Part shown: positions 32,849-42,364 of the stretch, in pieces
Position numbering within the stretch: the first letter of the stretch is position 1
Layout: each line of letters begins with the position of its first letter
Source of the DNA: Haloplasmataceae bacterium
Lineage (GTDB): Bacteria > Bacillota_I > Bacilli_A > Haloplasmatales > Haloplasmataceae
NCBI GenBank assembly: GCA_036562215.1
Contig: DATCKO010000153.1
Location: 1 to 42,569 of the forward strand
DNA: 42,569 nucleotides
Direction of reading: 5' to 3'
Made by a program: the position numbers and the translations under genes
Notes under the pieces: model-generated
The model's database searches: none
Seen by the model: the letters and a program-made list of their open reading frames with translations, nothing else
Told to the model about the DNA's origin: nothing

Positions 32849-34237
32849 TTAAAACTCACAATTTTTTGGCGTTCTAGGGAAAGGAATGACATCTCTAATG
32901 TTTTCTACACCTGTTAAATACATTAACATTCTTTCAAAACCTAGACCATAACCAGAGTGTACAACACCACCATATTTACGTAAATCTAAATACCAAGCTA
33001 ATTCATCTTTAGATATTCTTAATTCATCCATACGTTTTTCTAATAATTCTAAACGTTCTTCACGTTGTGAACCTCCAATTAATTCACCAACACCTGGAAC
33101 TAACAAATCACATGCAGCGACGGTCTTTTGATCATCATTTAATCGCATATAAAAAGCTTTAATATCTTTAGGATAATTAATGATGAAGACTGGGGCTTTA
33201 AAATATTCATCGGTTAAATAACGTTCATGTTCACTGGCTAAATCCATACCCCATTTTACTTCATTCTCAAATTGCTTAGGGGCTTTTTTTAATATTTCAA
33301 TGGCTTCTGTATAATCACAACGATAGAATTTACTATTTAATAAATCATGTAAACGATTGATGATTCCTGGTTTAACAAATTTATTAAAAAACTCCATCTC
33401 TTCAGGTGCTTTTTCTAAGACATATCTAATAATATATTTGACCATTTGTTCAGCTATATCCATATTATCATTTAAATCAGCAAAAGCCATTTCTGGTTCT
33501 ATCATCCAAAACTCTGCAGCATGTTTGTAAGTGTTAGAATTTTCAGCTCGGAAAGTAGGTCCAAAAGTATATACATCTCTAAAAGCTAATGCGAAAGCTT
33601 CTGCTTCTAATTGACCAGTAACTGTAAGGTTTGTTGATTTACCAAAGAAATCTTGTGAATAATCCACATTTTTATTTTCATCAAATGGTATGTTTTCTAA
33701 ATCTAATGTTGTAACTTGGAATGTTTCACCTGCTCCTTCAGCATCAGAACCAGTAATTAGTGGTGAATGACAATAAACAAAACCTCTTTCTTGGAAAAAT
33801 TGATGTATCGCATATGCAGTTATGGAACGTACTCTAAAGACAGCACTAAAAAGGTTAGTTCTAGGGCGAAGATGAGCTACCTCACGTAAAAACTCTCGTG
33901 AATGAGGTTTTGGTTGAATTGGATAATCCTCAGGACTATCTCCTAAAAGTTCAATTTCTGTTGCTTTTATTTCAAATAATTGCTTGGCATTTGGTGTTAA
34001 TTCAACTTTACCAATAATCTTTACTGCTGACCCTACACGATACTTTTGAATTTCTTTAAAATTATTCATTTCTTGATCATAAACAACTTGAATGGTTTCA
34101 AAAAAAGTTCCATCATTTACCATTAAGAAACCAAACTGTTTTTGAGCACGATTATTCCTAACCCAACCTGATATCTCAACAATTGTACCTTGGTATTTTT
34201 GAATATCACGGAATAATTGTCTAGTTACTACTTTCAT
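32849..34237 (-). CDS. asnS: Asparaginyl-tRNA synthetase
   Basis: [21 protein letters not shown] and motif 3 [18 protein letters not shown] lies inside the rmuC 3' end, and the two genes overlap by 17 nt. Confidence 0.92.
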   Translation of the reverse strand: MKVVTRQLFRDIQKYQGTIVEISGWVRNNRAQKQFGFLMVNDGTFFETIQVVYDQEMNNFKEIQKYRVGSAVKIIGKVELTPNAKQLFEIKATEIELLGDSPEDYPIQPKPHSREFLREVAHLRPRTNLFSAVFRVRSITAYAIHQFFQERGFVYCHSPLITGSDAEGAGETFQVTTLDLENIPFDENKNVDYSQDFFGKSTNLTVTGQLEAEAFALAFRDVYTFGPTFRAENSNTYKHAAEFWMIEPEMAFADLNDNMDIAEQMVKYIIRYVLEKAPEEMEFFNKFVKPGIINRLHDLLNSKFYRCDYTEAIEILKKAPKQFENEVKWGMDLASEHERYLTDEYFKAPVFIINYPKDIKAFYMRLNDDQKTVAACDLLVPGVGELIGGSQREERLELLEKRMDELRISKDELAWYLDLRKYGGVVHSGYGLGFERMLMYLTGVENIRDVIPFPRTPKNCEF

Positions 34238-35450
34238 TATTTTCTTCCTCCTTAAAATCTAATGATATTCTATTTTTATCAATTTCCGCATGTGATAGCG
34301 AGTTAAAATGTTTTTCAATTTTATCTGATGTTATATGCAATTCTTTAACACTTTGTGATACTTGATTAATACTGTTTGATAACTTAGTCCATCGTTCTTT
34401 ATAACGTTTAAATTCTACACCTAATTTATTTAACTCTTCATGAATAAGGGCTGAATACTTATCTCTTTCCATATTTTGTAGTATAACTTGAACAGTTGTT
34501 AATAAAAACATTAATGTTGTAGGTGAAGCTATCCAGACATGAGATTGTTGTGAATAATTAATTAGATCTTGATGATAAGCATTGATTTCAGCAAATATAG
34601 CTTCTGCAGGAACAAACATAATTGCTGAATCAGCTGTTTCATTTGGGATAATATATTTATCTCTAATATCATCAATGTGTTTTTTGACATCTTGTTTAAA
34701 CTTTCTTTCTGATATAAGTATTTCTTCTTTACTGAGATTCTTATCTACCATTCGCTTATAATTTTCTAATGGAAACTTAGAATCAATACAAATATTTCCT
34801 AATGGTTTAGGGGTATATAGTATAGCATCCACAATTTTATCATTAGATAACTTCTTTTGTAATTCATAAATCTTAGTATTATTTTCCCCAAAGGTCGATA
34901 CCATAATTTGTTTTAATTGAATTTCACCATATGCTCCTCTTGCTTTCTTATCTGTTAATACATCTTGTAAAGAAATGATATTAGTAGATAAACTTTCAAT
35001 TTTTTTCTGGGCTTCATCAATCTTGCTGATTCTTTCTAAAATATTATTAAATGTTTGAGTTGTTTTGGCGAAACCTTCATTTAATCGAAATTCTACCTTA
35101 TTATTGATGATTTCCATATTATCTCTTAATTCTTTTTGGAGTCGATTATTAAACTCATATAAATCGGTTTTCATATTATTATGAAAAATTAAGATTTCTC
35201 TAATAGTTTGCTCATTATATTTATTAATGTTTACAAGAATATTTTCTTTTAATCCCGAGAATTCATCTGCTAATGACTTCTGCATATGCATAAATTGTGT
35301 TTGTTCATGAAATTTGAAATCTTTAATTTCATTTGATAAATCTTTATCTTTTTTGTCAGTTTTTAATAATTTAATTAATAAAAATAAACAAATACCAAAG
35401 TTTATCACTACCATGATTAATATAAATCTCTCTATAGTCAAATTAATCAC
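34221..35450 (-). CDS. rmuC: DNA recombination protein RmuC (N-terminal TM anchor)
   Basis: Long coiled-coil followed by [11 protein letters not shown] and the RmuC nuclease-like C-terminal region. The start is uncertain: GTG 35450 lies inside GGGGGTG, and a TTG at 35441 is 5 nt after it. Confidence 0.82.
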   Translation of the reverse strand: MINLTIERFILIMVVINFGICLFLLIKLLKTDKKDKDLSNEIKDFKFHEQTQFMHMQKSLADEFSGLKENILVNINKYNEQTIREILIFHNNMKTDLYEFNNRLQKELRDNMEIINNKVEFRLNEGFAKTTQTFNNILERISKIDEAQKKIESLSTNIISLQDVLTDKKARGAYGEIQLKQIMVSTFGENNTKIYELQKKLSNDKIVDAILYTPKPLGNICIDSKFPLENYKRMVDKNLSKEEILISERKFKQDVKKHIDDIRDKYIIPNETADSAIMFVPAEAIFAEINAYHQDLINYSQQSHVWIASPTTLMFLLTTVQVILQNMERDKYSALIHEELNKLGVEFKRYKERWTKLSNSINQVSQSVKELHITSDKIEKHFNSLSHAEIDKNRISLDFKEEENNESSN

Positions 35451-35471
35451 CCCCTATTTTATTATAAATAT

Positions 35472-35714
35472 AAAAAAAACAGTCAATCGTAGGGACGAAT
35501 GACTGTTATCCGCGGTACCACCCTTATTGTCTTTTAAGACCTCTTTTAGGTATTCCTGTAACGTAGGAAAACGTCTTAGTCTACTAAGTGATAACTTTTC
35601 GGTAAGAAACTCCAAGGTGTTCTTCACTTTTAATCCTGTAATCGGCTCTCATCAACCCGATTTTGCTGTGACAGGGATTTAAAAGTTACTCTCCTCTTCA
35701 AAGTTTTGTAATAT
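35472..35714 (-). promoter_or_regulatory. T-box riboswitch leader, Asn (AAC) specifier
   Basis: Minus strand: Stem I with AGAGUA and paired ACUUUUA/UAAAAGU. The specifier loop GAAGAACA precedes the closing helix CCUU (AAC at 35620-35622). T-box AAGGGUGGUACCGCG is at 35511-35525. The terminator is AACAGUCAUUCGU/ACGAUUGACUGUU plus 8 U (35472-35508). Confidence 0.9.
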
Positions 35715-35720
35715 ACATAT

Positions 35721-35749
35721 TTTATACAATAATAAACTAGCTTTGTCAA
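35721..35749 (-). promoter_or_regulatory. Promoter of the T-box leader
   Basis: Minus strand: TTGACA (35744-35749), 17-nt spacer, TATAAA (35721-35726), directly after the mnmE stop. Confidence 0.7.
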
Positions 35750-37111
35750 CTATTTTCCTAAGCAAAACTTACTAAATAATTCATTAAGCAAGTTATCTTC
35801 CACTTCTTCTCCTAGTATTTCTCCTAAATAAATCCATGCTTCTTTAATATCTATTTCTATCATATCTATTGGTACATTCATTTCTATAGAATCTAAAGCA
35901 TCAGTTAAAGCTTTTTTAGCATTTCTTAATTTAGCTATATGACGACTATTAGATAAGTATGTTAAATCCTTTGTTTTTAGCTCTCCAAGGGCAAAGAGTT
36001 TTTTTATTTCTTTTTCTATTAAAGTTATACTTTCATCATTTAACATTGAAGTTTCAATATAATTTTCTAAATGCGTTTTTTCAATATATGTTGGTAAATC
36101 AGTTTTATTAACAATTATTATTCGTTTTTTATTCTTTGTTAAATCAAGTAAAGCTAAATCATCTTTGGTTAACTTTTCATTATTATTTAAAACTAAAAGA
36201 ATAAGTTCAGCATCATATATTGCTTTTCTAGTTCTTTCTACTCCTATTGCTTCCACAACATCCTTAGTATCTCTTATACCAGCTGTATCAATTAATTCTA
36301 AAGTAATACCACCAATATTAATATAACCTTCAATTAAATCTCTGGTTGTTCCTGCAACATCGGTTACGATAGCTCTTTCTTCACGCATTAATTTATTTAA
36401 TAAACTAGATTTACCAACATTTGGTCTACCTACAATTACCGTTTTAATACCTTCACGTATTATTTTTCCCGTTCTAGCTTTTTCTAATATTTCTTCAATC
36501 TTTAAAATTACTTCAATTATCCGTGGTTTTAGAATTTCATGGGTTATAACAACAGCATCATCATATTCAGGATAATCGATATTTACTTCAATATTAGCTA
36601 AAATACCTAATATTTCTTCCCGCAAATTTCTAATTAAACTTGATACCTTTCCATTTAACCCTTTTAAGGCTACTTGTAAAGATTCTTCAGTTTTAGCGTT
36701 TATTAAATCCATAACAGATTCTGCTTGAGCTAAATCGATTCTTTTGTTGAGAAATGCTCTTTTTGTAAATTCACCTGGTTCAGCTAATCTTGCACCTTGT
36801 GTCAATAAAATTTCTAATACTTTATTTGTGATAAAAATGCCACCGTGACAATTTATCTCAACCACATCTTCTGTAGTATAAGTTCTTGGACTTTTCATAA
36901 CAGAAACTAAAACTTCATCAATAATCGTTTGACTTTCAGGGTCTATAATATGACCATAATGAATGGTATGAGAATTAACTTTCGTTAAATCTTTTCCTTG
37001 GAATATTTTACTTGTAATGTTAATGGCATCGTTACCACTTAAGCGTACAATAGATATAGCACCTTCTCCAATAGCGGTTGATATAGCTACTATTGTATCA
37101 TCAATCATCAT
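35750..37111 (-). CDS. mnmE: tRNA modification GTPase
   Basis: G1 motif GRPNVGKSSLLN and the C-terminal FCLGK tetrapeptide motif. Confidence 0.93.
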   Translation of the reverse strand: MMIDDTIVAISTAIGEGAISIVRLSGNDAINITSKIFQGKDLTKVNSHTIHYGHIIDPESQTIIDEVLVSVMKSPRTYTTEDVVEINCHGGIFITNKVLEILLTQGARLAEPGEFTKRAFLNKRIDLAQAESVMDLINAKTEESLQVALKGLNGKVSSLIRNLREEILGILANIEVNIDYPEYDDAVVITHEILKPRIIEVILKIEEILEKARTGKIIREGIKTVIVGRPNVGKSSLLNKLMREERAIVTDVAGTTRDLIEGYINIGGITLELIDTAGIRDTKDVVEAIGVERTRKAIYDAELILLVLNNNEKLTKDDLALLDLTKNKKRIIIVNKTDLPTYIEKTHLENYIETSMLNDESITLIEKEIKKLFALGELKTKDLTYLSNSRHIAKLRNAKKALTDALDSIEMNVPIDMIEIDIKEAWIYLGEILGEEVEDNLLNELFSKFCLGK

Positions 37112-37136
37112 ATCACCTGCTTATATTTATATTATT

Positions 37137-37166
37137 AAAAATAAAACTGCATTTTATAATGCAGTT
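37137..37166 (-). terminator. Terminator after jag
   Basis: Minus strand: AACUGCAUU-AUAA-AAUGCAGUU followed by UUAUUUUUAAU. Confidence 0.55.
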
Positions 37167-37167
37167 C

Positions 37168-37782
37168 TCATTTTTTTCGTGGTTTTATAACTAAGCAACG
37201 ATTAGGTTCTTCACCTACTGATTCAGTATAAACATCTCGCCAGTCAGCTAATTTCGTATGTACTATTCTTCTTTCATAGGAATTCATTGGATCTAATTTC
37301 ACTTCAATTTTTGTTCTGGCAACTTCTTTAGCAACTTTAGTTGCCAAAATTTCTAATTGGGTTTTTCGTTTTTGCTTATAACCACCAATATCGACTAAGC
37401 AAATCATTTTACTATCTGTATAACGATTAATAACTTGTTTTGTTAAATATTGGATAGCATTTAATGTTTTACCCTCTTTTCCGATTATTAAAGGATTATT
37501 ATCACTATATATATTATATCTAACTTCGTTTTTATTGCTTATTGTTTCAATCTTAGCATCTATTCCCATTGCTTTCATAATATTACTTAAGTAATTACGT
37601 CCTTCTTCTATAGGATTCACATCTAAAGTTACTAAAACACTAATAGAAGAACCAAATCCTAAAAAGCCTTTCTTTTCACTCTTAATGGTAAATTTTAATT
37701 TTTCTAAAGGTTCTTTAAATAATTCCTTGGCTTTACTTTTTACTTCCTCGATGTTTTTACCTTCGATTATCGTTTCTCTCAT
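37168..37782 (-). CDS. jag: RNA-binding protein Jag/KhpB (Jag_N, KH, R3H)
   Basis: KH-type GKEGKTLNAIQYL and R3H YERRIVHTKL. It sits at the conserved position after yidC. Confidence 0.88.
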   Translation of the reverse strand: MRETIIEGKNIEEVKSKAKELFKEPLEKLKFTIKSEKKGFLGFGSSISVLVTLDVNPIEEGRNYLSNIMKAMGIDAKIETISNKNEVRYNIYSDNNPLIIGKEGKTLNAIQYLTKQVINRYTDSKMICLVDIGGYKQKRKTQLEILATKVAKEVARTKIEVKLDPMNSYERRIVHTKLADWRDVYTESVGEEPNRCLVIKPRKK

Positions 37783-37823
37783 TAACAGAACCTCTCCTTC
37801 AAATTAATATATGATACACAAAA

Positions 37824-38672
37824 TTATTTCTTAATTTCGCGATATTTAGCTTTTACAACGTTTTTATCATTATTATCTCTTTTCTTAAATGGTTTCTTAA
37901 AGACGATAATTTGTAATGTTGAATAAATATTACCAAATACCCAGTATAATGATAAAGCTGATGCTTGTGAGAATGAAAAGACAAACATCATTCCTGGCAT
38001 TAACCAAGTCATTGTTTTCATTGTTGAATTGTTTCTAGCTGCAGGATCTAATCCCATCATGGAAATCTTTTGAAGTATATATGCTGTTACACCAACAAGA
38101 AGTGGCAAGAAATAAATTGGCCCTGGTTTTGATAAATCTAGAAATCCTAAAAATAATAAAGTATTTTTTGTATAATTAAAGGTAACTGGTACTTTAACAA
38201 CTGCATTAAACATTGCTAAGAATACTGGCATTTGAATAAATGGCATTAAACATCCAGCAAACATATTGACGTTATTTTCTTTATATAATTGCATTATTTC
38301 GTAATTCATTCGATTACGAGAATCTGGATCGGTTTTTCCCGCATATTTAGCTTGTATCTTTTGCACTTCTGGTTGTATTGACTGCATTTTTGCTGATACA
38401 TCATTAGTTCGTGTATATATAGGTGTTAAAATAGTACGAACAACAATTGTCGTAATTAAAATCCCTAAAGCATATGAGCCAGTTGTGGATGTAAAGAAAT
38501 CAAGTAACCAAGCAAATGGTCTTACAAAAATACTATCCCATACATAATTATAATTTAATGGATATATATCATTCATATTTCCATCGTGATAAATCTTTGC
38601 ACATCCAGATAAGTTAAGTAACATAACTAAAGATAATCCAAAAAACAGTACACGCATTATTTTTTTCTTCAT
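37824..38672 (-). CDS. yidC: Membrane protein insertase YidC/SpoIIIJ (lipoprotein)
   Basis: Lipobox LLNLSGC after a signal peptide. YidC core PFIQMPVFLAMF. Confidence 0.9.
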   Translation of the reverse strand: MKKKIMRVLFFGLSLVMLLNLSGCAKIYHDGNMNDIYPLNYNYVWDSIFVRPFAWLLDFFTSTTGSYALGILITTIVVRTILTPIYTRTNDVSAKMQSIQPEVQKIQAKYAGKTDPDSRNRMNYEIMQLYKENNVNMFAGCLMPFIQMPVFLAMFNAVVKVPVTFNYTKNTLLFLGFLDLSKPGPIYFLPLLVGVTAYILQKISMMGLDPAARNNSTMKTMTWLMPGMMFVFSFSQASALSLYWVFGNIYSTLQIIVFKKPFKKRDNNDKNVVKAKYREIKK

Positions 38673-38681
38673 ATATATACC

Positions 38682-39020
38682 TCACTCTATAATTAATTTC
38701 GCTTTTTTAAACACATCAAACAAGTTTCTATCTATGTCAACAAAATTTAAATCTTTAGTTAGTATTTTTACTATTAATAATATATCATAATTTTTAATAA
38801 TTTCACGATATTTTTGATAAATTATTGCTTTTATTTGTCTTTTTATTTTATTCCTTATAACAGCTTTACCAACTTTTTTACTAATGGAGATCGCAATCCG
38901 AAAATGTTCTAAATTGTTTTCTTTTATATATACAATAAAATATCTGTTAGATATATTTTTTTTCTCAGATATAATTTTTTGTATATAATGATTTTTCTTA
39001 ATTATATACTTTTTTTTCAT
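38682..39020 (-). CDS. rnpA: Ribonuclease P protein component
   Basis: Basic protein with KKVGKAVIRNKIKRQIK (RNR motif), located downstream of rpmH. ATG 39020 is preceded by AGGTGA; the track start 39029 is a GTG. Confidence 0.88.
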   Translation of the reverse strand: MKKKYIIKKNHYIQKIISEKKNISNRYFIVYIKENNLEHFRIAISISKKVGKAVIRNKIKRQIKAIIYQKYREIIKNYDILLIVKILTKDLNFVDIDRNLFDVFKKAKLIIE

Positions 39021-39050
39021 GCATCTCACCTGTTATTAGGTTTAGTTACC

Positions 39051-39081
39051 AAAAAGACCACTGTATCAGTTTCAGTGGCCT
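39051..39081 (-). terminator. Intrinsic terminator/attenuator between rpmH and rnpA
   Basis: Minus-strand RNA: AGGCCACUG-9 nt-CAGUGGUCU (with a G-U pair that would be an A-C mismatch on the plus strand), then UUUU. It abuts the rpmH stop. Confidence 0.6.
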
Positions 39082-39216
39082 TTAAACTGCTAAACGCTCT
39101 CTTCCTTTACTGCGACGTCTCGCTAATACTTTACGTCCATTATGAGTTGCCATACGAGCACGGAAACCATGTGTTTTACTACGTTTTCTTTTATTTGGTT
39201 GATATGTTCTTTTCAT
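39082..39216 (-). CDS. rpmH: 50S ribosomal protein L34 (44 aa, absent from the ORF track)
   Basis: My translation of the minus strand is [51 protein letters not shown] (39224-39230) lies upstream. Confidence 0.95.
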   Translation of the reverse strand: MKRTYQPNKRKRSKTHGFRARMATHNGRKVLARRRSKGRERLAV

Positions 39217-39336
39217 GATAATACACCTCCATTAAGAACATGCTAATAAATTATACTTAATTATTAATTAAAAGTCAACATTAAATAAAAATAATAACCT
39301 TATAAAATTTATTAACATATTGTTTAAATCAATGAA

Positions 39337-39494
39337 TGTGGAAATGTAGATAACTAACTTTTATAATATGATGGCTGAATTTTTTATTATGCACCTATGT
39401 TAATTTTTTTCAAAATTAGTAATATTTATACACAATTTGTGGAAAAGTTATCCAATATGGCTATTTTTTTAATAAATTTGTTTATTTTTCCACA
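39337..39494. other. oriC, upstream DnaA-box cluster (rpmH-dnaA intergenic)
   Basis: Six 9-mers, each with at most 2 mismatches to TTATCCACA: TGTGGAAAT 39337-45, TGTAGATAA 39345-53, TTATACACA 39426-34, TGTGGAAAA 39438-46, TTATCCAAT 39448-56, TTTTCCACA 39486-94. Confidence 0.8.
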
Positions 39495-39547
39495 AAAAGA
39501 TAGTAGAATTATGTTAAGTGTAGATATAAGAAGGAGGATTCAGCTTC

Positions 39548-40921
39548 ATGTTTGAACAATATCAAAAATTATGGCAACTAACTCTTCAAAGATTATCATT
39601 AGACTTTGATGAATCAGAGTTTGAAGAAATATTTAAACCTATTAACAAAGTCTATAAATTTCATAAAAACTTATTATATGTAGTTGCTCCTTCGCAATTT
39701 CATAAATCAAGAATTGAATCCTTTCATATTAAACATGTTGTTCGTGTTTTAAATGAAGTCGCTCAAGAATTCTTACAAACAACCGATAATCTAGATATTA
39801 AAATAATTACAGAAGATTTTATAACCAATGATACTACTGTACCAATAACTGGCGTTGATCCTAATATTGATAATATGTATCGCCATAATTTGAAAGCCAT
39901 TTATACATTTGAAAATTATGTAGTTGGCCCAAATAACCGTTTTGCGAACTTAGTCGCTTTACAAGTTGCTAATCAACCTGGAAAAGTCGCAAATCCTCTA
40001 TATATATTTGGAGGAGTAGGTTTAGGTAAAACTCACTTAATGCAAGCTATTGGTAATTTTATATTAGATAATGATCCTAATAAAAAAATTCTTTATGTAA
40101 AAACAGAAGTTTTTATTGAAGATTATGTAAAAAAAATCAAGAATAAGTCTGATGAAGAATTTAAAGAAAAATATGATGATATCGATGTATTATTAATTGA
40201 CGATATTCAATTCTTATCTAAAAAAGAGCAATCACAATTAGAGTTTTTTAAGATCTTTGAAAAGATGCACAATGAAAATAAGCAAATTGTTGTGACTAGT
40301 GATAGGCCAACATTTGAGTTAAAAGATATGATGGATCGTTTAACTTCAAGATTTGAATGGGGCGCTCAAGTAGATATTAAAGAACCTGATTTTAATACAC
40401 GAATAAATATATTAAAAAAGAAGTTAGCTGGAGAAAAAATTGGTTATGAAGACGTTCCTATTGAAATATTAGAGTATATTGCTCAAAACTTTACTAGTAA
40501 TATTCGGATACTTGAAGGAGCTTTAAAAAGAGTATTATTTTACGCAGCCATGATGAATAAAGAAATAACCTTAGATTTGACTAAAGAAGCCTTAAGAGAT
40601 GTTATACCAGAAATAAAGAATATGAAAAATACAGAAATAATCGAAATACAGAAAGCTGTTTGTGAATATTATAATATATCATTAGCTAATTTATTATCCA
40701 ACTCCCGTAAAGCTTGTTTTGTTTTACCAAGACAGATTGCTATGTATTTAGTACGAGAAATAAAAAATGAATCTTACCCTAAGATTGGCCAAGAATTTGG
40801 TGGTAAAGACCATACAACTGTAATGCATTCTATTCAAAAAATTGCTAATTTAAGGATTATTAATAATCAAGTAGATGAAGTTATAAAAATATTAATGGAT
40901 CGAATAAATAATTCTTATTAA
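39548..40921 (+). CDS. dnaA: Chromosomal replication initiator protein DnaA
   Basis: Walker A GGVGLGKTHL, DDIQFL, and C-terminal DNA-binding FGGKDHTTVMHS. Confidence 0.97.
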   Translation: MFEQYQKLWQLTLQRLSLDFDESEFEEIFKPINKVYKFHKNLLYVVAPSQFHKSRIESFHIKHVVRVLNEVAQEFLQTTDNLDIKIITEDFITNDTTVPITGVDPNIDNMYRHNLKAIYTFENYVVGPNNRFANLVALQVANQPGKVANPLYIFGGVGLGKTHLMQAIGNFILDNDPNKKILYVKTEVFIEDYVKKIKNKSDEEFKEKYDDIDVLLIDDIQFLSKKEQSQLEFFKIFEKMHNENKQIVVTSDRPTFELKDMMDRLTSRFEWGAQVDIKEPDFNTRINILKKKLAGEKIGYEDVPIEILEYIAQNFTSNIRILEGALKRVLFYAAMMNKEITLDLTKEALRDVIPEIKNMKNTEIIEIQKAVCEYYNISLANLLSNSRKACFVLPRQIAMYLVREIKNESYPKIGQEFGGKDHTTVMHSIQKIANLRIINNQVDEVIKILMDRINNSY

Positions 40922-40996
40922 TTATAAACATGTTGTTCATTTATATTAACAGACAAAAAATGACAAAATAATTTGTTATAATAGAATAAGTAATTG

Positions 40997-41060
40997 ATAT
41001 CCACTTTTCCACAGCTTAAATAATAGAAATAATTTATTATAAATAAATAATATGGAGGTA
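40997..41060. other. oriC, downstream part (dnaA-dnaN intergenic): DnaA boxes plus a nearly pure A/T candidate unwinding region
   Basis: ATATCCACT (40997-41005) and TTTTCCACA (41005-41013), then GC, then about 40 nt almost exclusively A/T (TTAAATAATAGAAATAATTTATTATAAATAAATAATA). Confidence 0.6.
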
Positions 41061-41067
41061 ATTTCTC

Positions 41068-42195
41068 ATGAAATTTAAAACTGTAAATGCTATTTTTACA
41101 GATGCCATTAATAATGTTAATCGAGCTTTATCGAATAAAACACCGATGCCAATCTTAAAATCAATTAAAATTGATGTTACTAAAAGTGGTTTAACTTTAA
41201 CTGCAAGTGATTCTAATATCACAATTCAACAGTTTCTTCCTTTAGTACATAATAATAAACAAGTTATTATGATTGAAGAAGAAGGTAGTGCTGCAATACC
41301 AGGAAAATTACTGTTTGATGTTTTACGAAAAGCTAATGATGAATATGTTGAAATTTCCATGGTTGAAGATAAATATGTACATATTAGTTTTAAGAATGTT
41401 GATTTCACCTTAAATTGTTTAGATGTAAATGAATATCCAAATATTAATTTAGTGATTTCTGAAAACCCTATAGAACTAGATAGTAATCTATTAAGTGAAG
41501 TTATACGACAAACTGTCATCTCTGTCGCAACTAGTGAAGGTCGTCCAATACTAACGGGAATTAATTTTAAAATAGTTGATAATACACTACATTGTATCGC
41601 AACTGATAGTTATCGTTTATCGGAAAAAATTGTTCCTTTACCTTTAGAATTACCTAATATTAATATAGTTGTACCTGGGAAGAGTTTATTAGAATTAGAA
41701 AAATTACTTCAAACATACCAAGGCAAAGTATATATGCATTTATCTACTAATTTAATAGCTTTCCAAGTTGGTGATATAATCTTTCAATCACGTTTATTAG
41801 ATGGCGTGTATCCAGAAACATCACGTTTAATACCAAAAGAATTTGGTTTAAAAATGGAGTTTAACCGTCAAGAATTAATTGATATTGTCGATCGAGTAAG
41901 TTTACTATCTAGAGAAGGGGCTACAAATATCATAAAACTAGATGTTTATGAAGATAAATCAAAAATATCTTTAGAATCTAATGAAATAGGTAAAGTTGTC
42001 GAAGAAGTACATCCTATATCACAAGAAGGTTCTCTAATAAGAATTGGATTTAATGCTAAGTATCTTTTAGATGCTTTAAAAATTTTAGATGGAGATACTG
42101 TAAAAATTCTATTTACAGGAGAAGTTCGGCCATTTATTATTAAAACCGATGATGATTCAATTACACAATTAATATTACCTGTACGTATTGAATAA
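41068..42195 (+). CDS. dnaN: DNA polymerase III beta sliding clamp
   Basis: 375 aa with full-length DnaN pattern (ILTGINF, ATDSYRL, C-terminal LILPVRI). It follows dnaA. Confidence 0.95.
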   Translation: MKFKTVNAIFTDAINNVNRALSNKTPMPILKSIKIDVTKSGLTLTASDSNITIQQFLPLVHNNKQVIMIEEEGSAAIPGKLLFDVLRKANDEYVEISMVEDKYVHISFKNVDFTLNCLDVNEYPNINLVISENPIELDSNLLSEVIRQTVISVATSEGRPILTGINFKIVDNTLHCIATDSYRLSEKIVPLPLELPNINIVVPGKSLLELEKLLQTYQGKVYMHLSTNLIAFQVGDIIFQSRLLDGVYPETSRLIPKEFGLKMEFNRQELIDIVDRVSLLSREGATNIIKLDVYEDKSKISLESNEIGKVVEEVHPISQEGSLIRIGFNAKYLLDALKILDGDTVKILFTGEVRPFIIKTDDDSITQLILPVRIE

Positions 42196-42250
42196 TGAAC
42201 TTTGTCAAATAGTGTAAAAAAACTTTATGTCTTTGTTTTAAATAACCCCA

Positions 42251-42276
42251 AAAAAACACGAATAATCGTGTTTTTT
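42251..42276 (+). terminator. dnaN terminator
   Basis: AAAAAACACGA-ATAA-TCGTGTTTTTT followed by ATTAT. Confidence 0.7.
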
Positions 42277-42364
42277 ATTATGAAATAATCTTATAAAATC
42301 CTACTAAAATAAGTAATTTTGTGATATAATTAATAGAGTTAGATATCTTTAAAAGGTGATTATA

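Noticed and set aside
38979-39218. 79-aa plus-strand ORF spanning the rnpA start and rpmH
   Set aside because: It is antisense to the unmistakable L34 gene (39082-39216) and to the rnpA 5' end, so it is a shadow ORF.
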